This document shows positions 44,628-53,918 of a DNA stretch of 64,000 nt, one piece after another (position 1 is the stretch's first letter; each line of letters starts with the position of its first letter). The position numbers and the translations under genes are program-made. The stretch is from IMG/VR virus record IMGVR_UViG_3300024308_000016, positions 124,001 through 188,000 of that record; one strand, written 5' to 3'. The notes beneath the pieces are model-generated. The model did no database searches. It saw only the letters and a program-made list of their open reading frames with translations, and had not been told where the DNA came from.

Positions 44628-47096
44628 ATGGCACTTCCCATCTACCGTTACCCGTTGGACAGAACAGGCACCAACCGGGATAACCTGATCCTCAACGAGC
44701 CTCATACGCTCGCACCCAAGGCCCGTGTCACTGATGTACGCGTGGCCGCTCCCATCTACGGCCCGATGTACTCGGAGTCTGTGATCGTGGTCGATGCCAT
44801 CACCCGCCGCAAGCTGGACAAGGACATCGACTACAAGCTCACTGACCTGTTGCAAACGGCCACACTTCAATTCGCCAAGCCTGTCACCCAGTTTGTGGTG
44901 ATCGTCAATGGCACGGTCTCCAACGAGATCGAGCTCACCTACCAGTGTGTGGGCGGTAACTATCAAAACGATTCCACCGCCGTTATCCACGCCTACGAGA
45001 CGTTCCTGAATGATGCTCGTGCCGTGGACTGGGAAGACATCACCGGCAAACCCATCGAGTTCCCTCCTGGTCCACACATCCACTTGCTGGAAGACGTGAT
45101 CGGCTGGGGTCCCATGCTCTGGGCACTTGAGCGTGTGCGCGAAGCGATCTTGCTGAGTAACTCCTCGGTGTTCGAGAACTTCCTGGAGTGGTTCAAGTTC
45201 CGCCCTGTGGACTGGAACTTGGTGGTCAATCGCCCCACCACACTGGAAGGCTATGGCATCACCGATGCTGTGCACGTCTCGCGCCGTATCCGCACCATCA
45301 ACGGCATCATCGGGGGCGGCACACTCGCCCAGGACCTGACGCTGCAGCTGTCCACCACCGGCGTGACTGCTGGCACCTACGGCACGATGACCAAGTTCCC
45401 CACGTTCACGGTGGACGACCGCGGCCGCATCACCCAGGCAGCTGAGTTTGATCACAGCTTCCTGACACTGATCGACAAGCCCACAACGCTGGCGGGTTAC
45501 GGCATCACGGACGCGGTCAACCTGTGGGGCCCGCAGACCATCACCGGTCAAAAGACCTTCACCCGGGAGATCATCCAGAAATCCACTGTCAATGCCACCG
45601 ATGCATACCGCACCGCTGACGCTGTCTATGGTGCGTTCTGGCGGATGGAGAACCAGCGCTTTTGGCTGCTGCTGACCGCCGACGGTGACCCACTGGGCGG
45701 CAACAATTCCTTCCGTCCGATGTGGGTCAACATGCCTACAGGCGAAGTGCACTTCGATACCAAGGTGTACGCCAGCGTCGGCATCGAAGGTAACGCATCG
45801 TCTGCGACCAAGCTGCAGACTGCTCGCTCTATCGCCACCAGTGGCGGCGCTACTGGTACTGCCACGCTGTTTGACGGCACTGCCAACATCATCATCCCGA
45901 TCACCGCTTTGGACGTCTCCAAGGTCAATGCAGGCGTGCTGCCTGGCACGTTCGGTGGCACAGGTATGAACGTCTTCACAGTGGGCAACTACTTTGTGGG
46001 CGAGACGCTCAACAAGATGAAGCAGGTGACCCCGGCGGAGCTGATGACAGATGTGGGTAAGACCCGCAAGATCATCGCGGGTATCGGCCTGCTCGGAGGC
46101 GGCGATCTGAGTGCAGATGTCACCGTGAGCATGGCGCCTCCTGGCACCCTGACCAACAAGACAGGCAACTCCGCCACAGCCACAGGCCACACCCACGCAC
46201 TGACAGCGGCGACTATGGTGGACGCTGGTATCGTTCGACTGGCCACCGATCAGGAAGTCAAGGACTTCACCGGCAATGGCGTGGTTACGGCCACTCAGCT
46301 CAAGAACGCTGCAGCTCCCGGCACTGTGATGCCTATCGTGGACGGCTCTCCTGGCTGGAACTATGCCGGCAAGATCGGTACTTCCACCAAGTATGCTCGT
46401 GAAGACCACGTCCACCCATCGGACATCAAGCTTCGCGGCAACCACAATGGCGCTGTTGTGGTTCCGGCAGGCGGCTATTACAACATACCCGTCAACTCCG
46501 TTGGCATGTTCTTGGTGTGTTTTGAAAACAGCTCCATCCAACTGCCGCATCCGAGCAACTTCACTGATGCAGATGCCGGTCTGTGTGTTCGCGCATATGT
46601 CCACGGCTACAACACCTCCGCGAAGGTGAACCTGCCTCTGGGATATGGGGGGTCGGGCTCGGAGAGCTATACATTCTTCTCCACGATTGCCATCATGCTG
46701 GTCAAGCGTGAGGACGGCCGTATGGGCTGGTTCACCACTGACGATGGACACACCATCTTCACAGACTCCCAGGATGCATACTACCAAAACCGCTGCTATA
46801 CCCGTCTGGGTAACCCGGCATGGGGGCACATCGCTGGACCCTACGGCATGGTCGGTGGGACGCTGTACAACGTCAGTGAAGGCGAATACACGTTCGAATA
46901 TCCCCACCTTCAGTCCCGTTGGATCAAGTACCAGGCATCGCGCGCTTTCATCAATGTCTCCAGCCAAAGCGGAACGTCCTATGTGGCGAACGTGCTGAGT
47001 CTGTCAACTTCTGCAGTTCGCTTTGAAATCAAGAAGGTGGCGGGCCCCGGTATCTGGGGAACCATGAACGCTTCGATCATTGTTTTTGGATGCTGA
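44628..47096 (+). CDS. Long tail fibre protein
   Basis: 822 aa; phiKZ-type N-terminus YPLDRTG.N..NLI..E.H; two PTTL.GYGITDAV repeats; GNASSATKLQTAR motif; distinct C-terminal tip. Confidence 0.88.
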   Translation: MALPIYRYPLDRTGTNRDNLILNEPHTLAPKARVTDVRVAAPIYGPMYSESVIVVDAITRRKLDKDIDYKLTDLLQTATLQFAKPVTQFVVIVNGTVSNEIELTYQCVGGNYQNDSTAVIHAYETFLNDARAVDWEDITGKPIEFPPGPHIHLLEDVIGWGPMLWALERVREAILLSNSSVFENFLEWFKFRPVDWNLVVNRPTTLEGYGITDAVHVSRRIRTINGIIGGGTLAQDLTLQLSTTGVTAGTYGTMTKFPTFTVDDRGRITQAAEFDHSFLTLIDKPTTLAGYGITDAVNLWGPQTITGQKTFTREIIQKSTVNATDAYRTADAVYGAFWRMENQRFWLLLTADGDPLGGNNSFRPMWVNMPTGEVHFDTKVYASVGIEGNASSATKLQTARSIATSGGATGTATLFDGTANIIIPITALDVSKVNAGVLPGTFGGTGMNVFTVGNYFVGETLNKMKQVTPAELMTDVGKTRKIIAGIGLLGGGDLSADVTVSMAPPGTLTNKTGNSATATGHTHALTAATMVDAGIVRLATDQEVKDFTGNGVVTATQLKNAAAPGTVMPIVDGSPGWNYAGKIGTSTKYAREDHVHPSDIKLRGNHNGAVVVPAGGYYNIPVNSVGMFLVCFENSSIQLPHPSNFTDADAGLCVRAYVHGYNTSAKVNLPLGYGGSGSESYTFFSTIAIMLVKREDGRMGWFTTDDGHTIFTDSQDAYYQNRCYTRLGNPAWGHIAGPYGMVGGTLYNVSEGEYTFEYPHLQSRWIKYQASRAFINVSSQSGTSYVANVLSLSTSAVRFEIKKVAGPGIWGTMNASIIVFGC

Positions 47097-47097
47097 T

Positions 47098-47754
47098 ATG
47101 ACTGACCAAACCCCTACCCAAGAGCTGGACATCAACATGGACGATCTCCAATTGGTGGATCCCAAGAACACGGGCTTCACTGACCCGGAGTTCATGATGT
47201 TCCATGCTCCCACCCTGGCGTTCTACAATCCACTTGTCGACACTGATATCCCGGAAGACTGTGTCCAAGTGCCGATGATCGAAGTGAATGCGATCTTCAA
47301 TAAGCTCGACGGCCTGACCGAGCTGTGCGCAGATGAGGATGGCTACCCCACCATCCGCCAGACGACTACGCTCAGTGAAGACAAGATCCGTGCACAGATG
47401 CAGCAAACACTCACCAATCACTACGAGATCCAGATCAAGGAACCTGTGGTGATCGAGGGTGTCAAGATGCCGCCAACTGTGGAGGAGATGAACAAGTTTG
47501 TCACCTTCCTCACGATGGCTCAGTTCACGGACGAGCAGACGATGGACTACCAGGCCACCGACGGCTGGGTCAAGCTGGAGATCGAAGCTGTCAGGCGCAT
47601 CGTCAAGGAGATGCGTAAGTGGCAGATCGCCTACACCGAGGAGTACAAGCGCCTGCAGCAGACCATCGATCAACACATCGCTGACTGCCACGGCATCTTC
47701 CGTCTCATGTACAACTACAAGTACGAACCCAATTGGCCCACTGAGGTCAAGTAA
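47098..47754 (+). CDS. Tail fibre assembly chaperone (DUF4376-like)
   Basis: Directly after the fibre gene; FHAPTLAFYNP...IPEDCVQV pattern and YQATDGWVKL in the C-terminal domain. Confidence 0.72.
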   Translation: MTDQTPTQELDINMDDLQLVDPKNTGFTDPEFMMFHAPTLAFYNPLVDTDIPEDCVQVPMIEVNAIFNKLDGLTELCADEDGYPTIRQTTTLSEDKIRAQMQQTLTNHYEIQIKEPVVIEGVKMPPTVEEMNKFVTFLTMAQFTDEQTMDYQATDGWVKLEIEAVRRIVKEMRKWQIAYTEEYKRLQQTIDQHIADCHGIFRLMYNYKYEPNWPTEVK

Positions 47755-47854
47755 GTGGTCTTTCTATAAGTGCTATAGATCCAGTAGTAAGTACCTATAA
47801 TAGGGTACTACTATTGGGTTTATGGTATTGTCTTTGTTATCAGGAGAATCTGTT

Positions 47855-48175
47855 ATGCGTTATCGTTTCGTATTCATGGCCATCACCCTCACTCTGGGCT
47901 TTGGTCTTCTGGTGCTGTCCACACCTGGCTTGAACATCATCCAGATGGATGTGGGCGCTGACACACTGAGCAAGCTCATGCGCTTGTTCTTCGGCCTGAT
48001 GTCTGTGGGCATCTTCCACATCTCTCGCAAGGCACTGTTCGACTACATCGATGTCAGTGCGCTACTCGCGCAAGCAATAAAAGAGCCTACTGGAGCAGGA
48101 TTGGCTTTTCTAGGCTTTGGTGTCTGGATGCTTGGTGTGTCTGTGATGTTTGCTGTTCTGGTTTCTTTGTTCTGA
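47855..48175 (+). CDS. Putative holin (three transmembrane segments)
   Basis: Start moved to ATG 47855 (AGGAG upstream); 106 aa; SRKALFDYID...GAGLAFLG; immediately upstream of a transglycosylase. Confidence 0.65.
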   Translation: MRYRFVFMAITLTLGFGLLVLSTPGLNIIQMDVGADTLSKLMRLFFGLMSVGIFHISRKALFDYIDVSALLAQAIKEPTGAGLAFLGFGVWMLGVSVMFAVLVSLF

Positions 48176-48230
48176 TCTGTGGACTGGGGCCCCTGTATCC
48201 TTTCGGATACAGAGGTCTTGGAGTTTACTC

Positions 48231-48977
48231 ATGACATACAGACGACTGGTCAGTTTTGCATCACTGGTGCTGATGGCTCTATTGGTGACGATGTGCTCGC
48301 CAGTGGCGGCCCAAGATCCCAAAACGTACATCCACCCACGAGCCAAAGCCCTGCTGCCTGAGGTAGGCGCGGAGATCGAGCGATTGTTCCCCACACTCCC
48401 CAAGTGGGAGTATGTGCCCGGCCTCATCGAGCACGAGTCGTGCGTGACCCTCAGAGCCGCCAAGTGCTGGAACTCTACCTCCGAGCTCAAGACAAGTCGA
48501 GAGCAGGGCGTAGGGTTGGGCCAGCTTACCCGAGCATGGGACAAGATAGGCAACTTGCGCTTTGACAACTTGGACGTACTCAGAAAGCGCTACCCCTCGG
48601 AGATGGGGCAGGCGGATTGGGCTACTTTCAAGGACAGGCCCGATCTTCAGATCCGAGGGATCCTTCTGATGCTCAAGGAGGATTACAACTACTTCGCCTT
48701 CATCAAGGACGAAGAGTTGCGACTGCAGATGACGGACTCCGCCTACAATGGCGGAAGGCGCGATGCTCAGCGCGCTCGGGAAGTCTGCGGCATGACCAAA
48801 GGCTGCAATCCCAATCGCTGGTTTGGCAATATCGAAAACCACTGTGTCAAGTCCAAGGTGGCCAATCCTGGCTATGGCGGCAGAAATGCCTGCGACATTA
48901 ACAATGGACATGTCCGTGATGTGTTCTTGATTCGAATGGGCAAGTTCAAGCCTTATATGGACGCCATGCGTGAATAA
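48231..48977 (+). CDS. Lytic transglycosylase (SLT-like) endolysin with an N-terminal signal peptide
   Basis: LIEHES (catalytic Glu), GVGLGQLT and SAYNGG motifs; N-terminus MTYRR plus a hydrophobic core and VAA|QD. Confidence 0.85.
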   Translation: MTYRRLVSFASLVLMALLVTMCSPVAAQDPKTYIHPRAKALLPEVGAEIERLFPTLPKWEYVPGLIEHESCVTLRAAKCWNSTSELKTSREQGVGLGQLTRAWDKIGNLRFDNLDVLRKRYPSEMGQADWATFKDRPDLQIRGILLMLKEDYNYFAFIKDEELRLQMTDSAYNGGRRDAQRAREVCGMTKGCNPNRWFGNIENHCVKSKVANPGYGGRNACDINNGHVRDVFLIRMGKFKPYMDAMRE

Positions 48978-49038
48978 CGCCATACACTCCCTCTCCCAGA
49001 CCCTCGCGGGCCTGGGGGATGGGAAGTATGTTTTCTTT
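48978..49038 (+). terminator. CATAC...GTATG-bracketed hairpin with T-tract
   Basis: CCCAGACCC-TCGC-GGGCCTGGG core, then GTATGTTTTCTTTT. Confidence 0.8.
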
Positions 49039-49088
49039 TGAGTCTATGGGTCGATCCAATGACCATCGTTTCTAACAAAGGAGTTGCC

Positions 49089-49718
49089 ATGGTACTCAGA
49101 CTACTTGAGCATCCAGGTCCCACCTCCAGGTACTACGACTTCAATCACCGCTACAGACTCACAGCAGGCGGCGTGTTCGTGTTCGGTTCAAATCTAGCCG
49201 GCAGACACGGCAAGGGAGCAGCGCTGGAGGCCAAACAAGTGTACGGCGCACATTACGGCGTCGGCAAAGGCTTCACCGGCATGAGTTTTGCTATACCGAC
49301 CAAAGACCAGGATCTGAGGATCTTGTCTCTCACCGAGATCGAGCAGCATATCCGAGACTTTGTGTGGGCGTCCGAAGCCTGTGATATGGACAACCGACCC
49401 TTGTGGTTTTACGTCACTCCTGTAGGTACTGGTCTGGCTCAGTACTCTCACGAGCAAATCGCTCCCATGTTTCAGGGAGTCAGCAATTGCTGGCTACCCG
49501 ATATCTGGAGACCTTACTTAGGTTCCCATCCCTCTGTCTACTTATCTCGACAACTATGCCCGCAGATCCCCGATACGACGAAGCCAAATCCGGAGTCATC
49601 GCAGCTGATGCTCCCTATGGATGCCACAACAGAGAGCGCCCCATCTACGGAGCCCCAGTCACCTCCAAGCACGTCAGCTGGCCTTACAAGTTCTCCACCG
49701 AGTGCAGATATGACATGA
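49089..49718 (+). CDS. Macro-domain-like (ADP-ribose-binding/hydrolase-like) phage protein
   Basis: Start ATG 49089 (AAGGAG upstream); VFVFGSNLAGRHGKGAA...FAIPTK...FYVTPVGTGLA...IAPMF. Confidence 0.7.
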   Translation: MVLRLLEHPGPTSRYYDFNHRYRLTAGGVFVFGSNLAGRHGKGAALEAKQVYGAHYGVGKGFTGMSFAIPTKDQDLRILSLTEIEQHIRDFVWASEACDMDNRPLWFYVTPVGTGLAQYSHEQIAPMFQGVSNCWLPDIWRPYLGSHPSVYLSRQLCPQIPDTTKPNPESSQLMLPMDATTESAPSTEPQSPPSTSAGLTSSPPSADMT

Positions 49719-49792
49719 GTCAGACGGATGCAAGGTGCTCCGGCTGCCGTCACCAGCACATCAACGCCTCTTGGCATAAGGAAACACCATGA
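49556..49792 (+). CDS. Small Cys-rich protein overlapping the 3' end of the macro-like gene
   Basis: 78 aa; YGCHNR...ECRYD...RCSGC pattern resembles small phage Cys-rich proteins; ATGA overlap with the next gene. Confidence 0.55.
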   Translation: MPADPRYDEAKSGVIAADAPYGCHNRERPIYGAPVTSKHVSWPYKFSTECRYDMSQTDARCSGCRHQHINASWHKETP

Positions 49793-50307
49793 CCTCGCGA
49801 ACATCTTTCAGTGACTATCCCTATCACCGCATGTCGGGATGCAACTACGAGCCGGGCATCCCTACTGTGGGTAGTGTGATGGAATCGCCCATCGGGCGCA
49901 TCATCCGGGAGAAGGCCAAAGAAGAAAGTGAGCGCATCAACCGCAACATCCAGGACCTGGTCTATATGCCGGTGTCCGCTGATATCAAGCTTGCGCAGCG
50001 TCGCTCCGACGACCCGCTCATCAACCTGTACAACGATGCCAAGGCGATGATCGAAGATCGCGCGATCTTGAAGCCCCGGCTACTGGGCATCGAGGACAAG
50101 GGCGACGAAGTCACGTACGTCTACCATCTGAACGTTGATGACGCCAAGGAGCTCGACACCTGCACAATGGCGGTCATCATGTTTCGCACCAAGATACGGG
50201 CGATCTACCAAAAAGCCCACGACGCCGCACAGGACGCCAGGCGCGCCACTGTGATCGTCGTCACCTCCGAAGATACTGCCCGCGAATGGCTCGCTGGCAA
50301 TAAGTAA
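49789..50307 (+). CDS. Hypothetical protein
   Basis: 172 aa; AAGGA SD; coding-like codon usage. Confidence 0.7.
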   Translation: MTSRTSFSDYPYHRMSGCNYEPGIPTVGSVMESPIGRIIREKAKEESERINRNIQDLVYMPVSADIKLAQRRSDDPLINLYNDAKAMIEDRAILKPRLLGIEDKGDEVTYVYHLNVDDAKELDTCTMAVIMFRTKIRAIYQKAHDAAQDARRATVIVVTSEDTAREWLAGNK

Positions 50308-50322
50308 TCCCGGAGACAAGAA

Positions 50323-51000
50323 ATGCGTCACAAAATCAAAATCGACTCCAACGAGAATCTCCAACGTCTGATAGAAGCAGCGTCTGCTGAGCTGCTAAAG
50401 AGACAGGTTCAAGTGGTGTCAGGCACAGTCTTGTCTTTGTTCGGGACCTACTGCGATGAAAACGATGGGATCTTACCTGTCGTTAACATCCACCTGAAGC
50501 ACACCTACCAAGATAGTGATCGAGAGCTGCTGTTGACTATGAGGGCAGAAGTGGAGCGAATACTCGCTCACTTTACGGCATCTCCGATATGCTGCGGTAT
50601 GGTGGGGCCAAACAGTTTTTCTGGTGTGGGTCACGGCATGGACTATTTGTCCATGGTGACTCCGTCAGATCCCAAAGCGTCACTTGGGACTATACTGGCA
50701 CAGGAGATGAACTGCCACCACATGGCGAACTATCTGCTGCGCTGCACCAACGGGCTTTTGAAGCTTGCTGAGCATGCCCATAAATGCGCGGGCTTGCTCT
50801 ATGAACCCCAGATACTGGAGTTTCGCGCTATCCCCCTGGCCTCGCATCCTACACGCAAGGTACAGATCGAAGTCCAAGTGCCCGAAGGCGTCACCATCAG
50901 TCACCCGGTGGCCAAACTGTGGTTCACGGACACGTTTTTCAATTCCACTTTCATCCGTAAAGTGGCTGCTTTGTACAAGTTCACGATAAGGAAGGCTTGA
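50323..51000 (+). CDS. Hypothetical protein
   Basis: 225 aa; GGAG SD; more A/T-ending codons than the core genes. Confidence 0.65.
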   Translation: MRHKIKIDSNENLQRLIEAASAELLKRQVQVVSGTVLSLFGTYCDENDGILPVVNIHLKHTYQDSDRELLLTMRAEVERILAHFTASPICCGMVGPNSFSGVGHGMDYLSMVTPSDPKASLGTILAQEMNCHHMANYLLRCTNGLLKLAEHAHKCAGLLYEPQILEFRAIPLASHPTRKVQIEVQVPEGVTISHPVAKLWFTDTFFNSTFIRKVAALYKFTIRKA

Positions 51001-51001
51001 C

Positions 51002-51469
51002 ATGTCCTTTTGGCCCGCTTCTTCCCCCAGTGCTGCCCGATGCCTGGGGGATTTGATGGAAATGACCGGACTTCGCCGCAATCCTCCGACTCCCAAGCGT
51101 GAGCCGGTCTCTGCGCTCAGGCCCAAGATCAATCCCGACACCATTTGTCTCAATACACTCAGGCAAGTGTTGCTGGAAGATCAAAAGCTGCTCGCCGGCA
51201 ACCCCATCGTCAAGCAGGTGATTGATCGCTATGTGGACATTGTCCAGAATGTCGATGAAAACGGCTACAACAAAGCTCCCATCGAGCCGACTGTGTCGTT
51301 TCGCACCTGGATCAACGACCTGACGGTCGGACATCTGGAGCGTGTCCGCAAAAAGCGTCAAAAGCTCAAGTACCGTCAAGAGCGCAAGACCCGTGAAAAG
51401 CAAGCCAAGAGCTTGGGCAAGGCCAAGTTCGACAAAACCCAACGAAAGCGCACCAATGTCAATAGCTAG
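51002..51469 (+). CDS. Hypothetical protein with a basic C-terminus
   Basis: 155 aa (alternative start about 51056); K/R-rich tail. Confidence 0.65.
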   Translation: MSFWPASSPSAARCLGDLMEMTGLRRNPPTPKREPVSALRPKINPDTICLNTLRQVLLEDQKLLAGNPIVKQVIDRYVDIVQNVDENGYNKAPIEPTVSFRTWINDLTVGHLERVRKKRQKLKYRQERKTREKQAKSLGKAKFDKTQRKRTNVNS

Positions 51470-52262
51470 TGTCCTGGGCAAAGTGCCTGTATACGTGAAT
51501 GTGAACACCACGGCACGCGCCAAGACCTCCAAGGGCTTTTACGTCGTTGTGGAAGGGATCGATGGCTCCGGAAAAACGGAGCTGGTCGACACCATGACCA
51601 GTCGGATGACGTTTTTGGTGCCTGGCCATCAAGGCAAGGCCCTGAAGGTGCGTCAACCCGGCGGCTCCGTGTACGCGGAGTCTATCCGCAACACGTGCAG
51701 GCAGGCAAAGGTCGACAACTTCACCCAGACACTGGTGTATGGTTCGGCTCTGTACGATACGTACTCCACCGTGATAAAGCCGTACCTGGAAGATGACGGC
51801 ATCGTCATCGCTGATCGGGGCTTCAACACCTTGTTCGCCTACCAGGGCTTGTACGGCAAGACCAGCTCGCTGATCATCGCCATGCTGCGGGAGATCCACC
51901 GCTATCGGGCGCCTGATCTGACGATCTATCTGTCGCTGCCCCTGGAAGAATCCCTCAAAAGGACCGGGGCTAATCGACCAGGCCAAGATGATGACCGTTA
52001 CGCTGCCCAGGATCTGGAGCAAAAGCGCAAGCTCAAAGCGTACTACGATCTGCTGCATGGCGTGGATACGGGGGTCAAGGAAGTTTTGACCAACGAGGAG
52101 TATCAGTGGGCGAAGATCGCCATACACAACTACCTGGATCTGGACGATCGCATCCGCTGGTCGATGCCGCGGCCTGCACCTGTCGTCATCGACGCCATGC
52201 AGACTCGCGAACAGATCCAGGCTCAGGTTTACAAAGTCATCAGTTCTGAATTGGAGAAATAA
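51456..52262 (+). CDS. tmk: Thymidylate (dTMP) kinase
   Basis: VVVEGIDGSGKT P-loop, RQPGG, IADRG and PDLTIYL motifs; start moved to ATG 51456. Confidence 0.9.
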   Translation: MSIASVLGKVPVYVNVNTTARAKTSKGFYVVVEGIDGSGKTELVDTMTSRMTFLVPGHQGKALKVRQPGGSVYAESIRNTCRQAKVDNFTQTLVYGSALYDTYSTVIKPYLEDDGIVIADRGFNTLFAYQGLYGKTSSLIIAMLREIHRYRAPDLTIYLSLPLEESLKRTGANRPGQDDDRYAAQDLEQKRKLKAYYDLLHGVDTGVKEVLTNEEYQWAKIAIHNYLDLDDRIRWSMPRPAPVVIDAMQTREQIQAQVYKVISSELEK

Positions 52263-52265
52263 TCT

Positions 52266-53384
52266 ATGCAGCAATACCTGGCTGGCCTCAAGCATATCCT
52301 GGACAACGGCGTGATGCGCACCGATCGCACTGGCAAAGGCCGGCTGGGTGTTTTCTGCCCCCCGCAGGAACGCTATGACCTGCGTCTAGGGTTTCCCCTG
52401 GTCACCACTCGCCAGATCAACCCCATCGGCATGATCGATGAACTCCTGTGGTTCATCTTGGGCGATACCTCCATCAAGACCCTGAAAGCGTCGTACTTCT
52501 GGGATCGCTGGGCGCTGACCGAGGAACAGGCCCGGGACTTCATGACCCGCAAGAACATCGACCCCACGTCAGAGCGTGGCGCGGATGTCCTGCAGCGTGT
52601 GGGGACGATCGGCAACCTGTACGGCGTCAGCTGGCGCCATGCACCAGCGCCTGAAGGCTCCTTCAAGCCGTTTCGCCGTCCTGACCAGCTGCCCTCGGAC
52701 TTCATCGCCCAGCACATCCCGGTGTTCGGCAGTGACCCGGCCTTCCATTCAGGTCCAGACTTCCGCAGGTGGTTGGAGACCGAGACTGACTCGGGCGCTA
52801 CCAACAACCTGCGCTCCAGTGTGCTCAACCACCTCAACGAGCTGTACTGGAAGCAGACCGACCAGCTCAATGAGCTGATCGTCAACATCAAGGAGCGTCC
52901 CTACTCCTCGCGTCTGCGGGTGACAGCGATGCTGCCGCAGTACATGGCGTTCGAGGACTTCTCCATCGCCGACAACATCGCCGACGGCCGCGCAGCGTTG
53001 ACACCGTGCCACGCCATGTTCCAGTTCTACGTCAATCCGAACGGCCAGCGTGGACGCCAGGAACTGAGCATGTCGCTGACCATGACCAGCAACGACTACC
53101 CGGTCGGCCGTGTCTACAACATCGCCCAGTACGCTCTGCTGCTGTCGATGGTGGCCCAGGTCACTGACATGGTGCCCGCTGAGCTGATCGTCAACACCAA
53201 CGACGGTCACATCTATGCTGACCAGATCCCGTACGTGCGTGAGCAGATCGAGCGCGATCCAATGCCGTTGCCTACGTTGCGCCTGAACCCCGACATCAAG
53301 GACCTGTTCGCCTTCACCCGCAATGACATCTTGATCGATGGCTATACTAGCCACGGCAAGATCCCCTACCCCGTCGCCGTGTAA
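52266..53384 (+). CDS. thyA: Thymidylate synthase (divergent, with a large insertion)
   Basis: DRTGKG, GFPLVTT, ELLWF, LTPCH (catalytic Cys), SNDYPVGRVYN and DGHIY motifs. Confidence 0.92.
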   Translation: MQQYLAGLKHILDNGVMRTDRTGKGRLGVFCPPQERYDLRLGFPLVTTRQINPIGMIDELLWFILGDTSIKTLKASYFWDRWALTEEQARDFMTRKNIDPTSERGADVLQRVGTIGNLYGVSWRHAPAPEGSFKPFRRPDQLPSDFIAQHIPVFGSDPAFHSGPDFRRWLETETDSGATNNLRSSVLNHLNELYWKQTDQLNELIVNIKERPYSSRLRVTAMLPQYMAFEDFSIADNIADGRAALTPCHAMFQFYVNPNGQRGRQELSMSLTMTSNDYPVGRVYNIAQYALLLSMVAQVTDMVPAELIVNTNDGHIYADQIPYVREQIERDPMPLPTLRLNPDIKDLFAFTRNDILIDGYTSHGKIPYPVAV

Positions 53385-53397
53385 AAGGAGTATCACC

Positions 53398-53910
53398 ATG
53401 GCCACCAAGAAACCCGCAACAGCCAAGAAGGTGGCCAAGGCCACCACACCCGCTGATGAAAACAAGCCAGCAAAGCCGAATGCGAAGGTGGCGTCTGCTG
53501 CTGCGAAGGCTGCCAAGTCTGCCTCCAAAGCCAAGGATGCGCCCACCAAGGCAGCACCAGCCAAGCCCCGGGTGGGTGCTTCGATACAAGCACGTCCACC
53601 GAAGGCTGAGACCACTGCAGCGTCGGTGCTCGACCATCTGAAGCAGGCGATGGAAGAAGCCAAGATCGAACAGGTGCCCAAGGCAGAGCCTCTGCCTGAG
53701 CCGGTCGCACCTCTGCCCTGGGAAGACACCCCCACCTTCCCGGACATCAAGGACGACTTCAAGCCTGATCTGCGCTACCGTCCTGACAACCGGATCAGCC
53801 TGGGCGTGCAAGAAGCCCAAACGTCTGTCAACGGCAAGCTGATCTTTCGCCCCAATGCGCCGCGGCCCGCTTCTGAGCGCAAGGACGTGAAGTTCTTCTT
53901 CCGCAAGTAG
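53398..53910 (+). CDS. Histone H1-like Lys/Ala/Pro-rich protein
   Basis: Start ATG 53398 (AAGGAG upstream); MATKKPATAKKVAKA...AAKAAKSASKAK N-terminus. Confidence 0.75.
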   Translation: MATKKPATAKKVAKATTPADENKPAKPNAKVASAAAKAAKSASKAKDAPTKAAPAKPRVGASIQARPPKAETTAASVLDHLKQAMEEAKIEQVPKAEPLPEPVAPLPWEDTPTFPDIKDDFKPDLRYRPDNRISLGVQEAQTSVNGKLIFRPNAPRPASERKDVKFFFRK

Positions 53911-53918
53911 CAGCCGCC

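Noticed and set aside
42716-46400. Repeats as a CRISPR array or DGR template/variable repeats
   Set aside because: They are in-frame, degenerate at third positions and have no spacers; no reverse transcriptase or adenine-specific divergence is seen
47082-47100. T5 run at the tail fibre/chaperone junction as a possible -2 or +1 shift
   Set aside because: The run is short, and the TGAT-ATG arrangement is explained by translational coupling
47796-47801. TATAAT as a host sigma70 promoter for the lysis genes
   Set aside because: No -35 or extended -10 at the right spacing, and it sits in a palindrome loop
52266-53384. ThyA-like gene as a dCMP hydroxymethylase
   Set aside because: The specificity residue is Asn (uracil type), not Asp, and no glycosyl- or other base-modification genes are nearby
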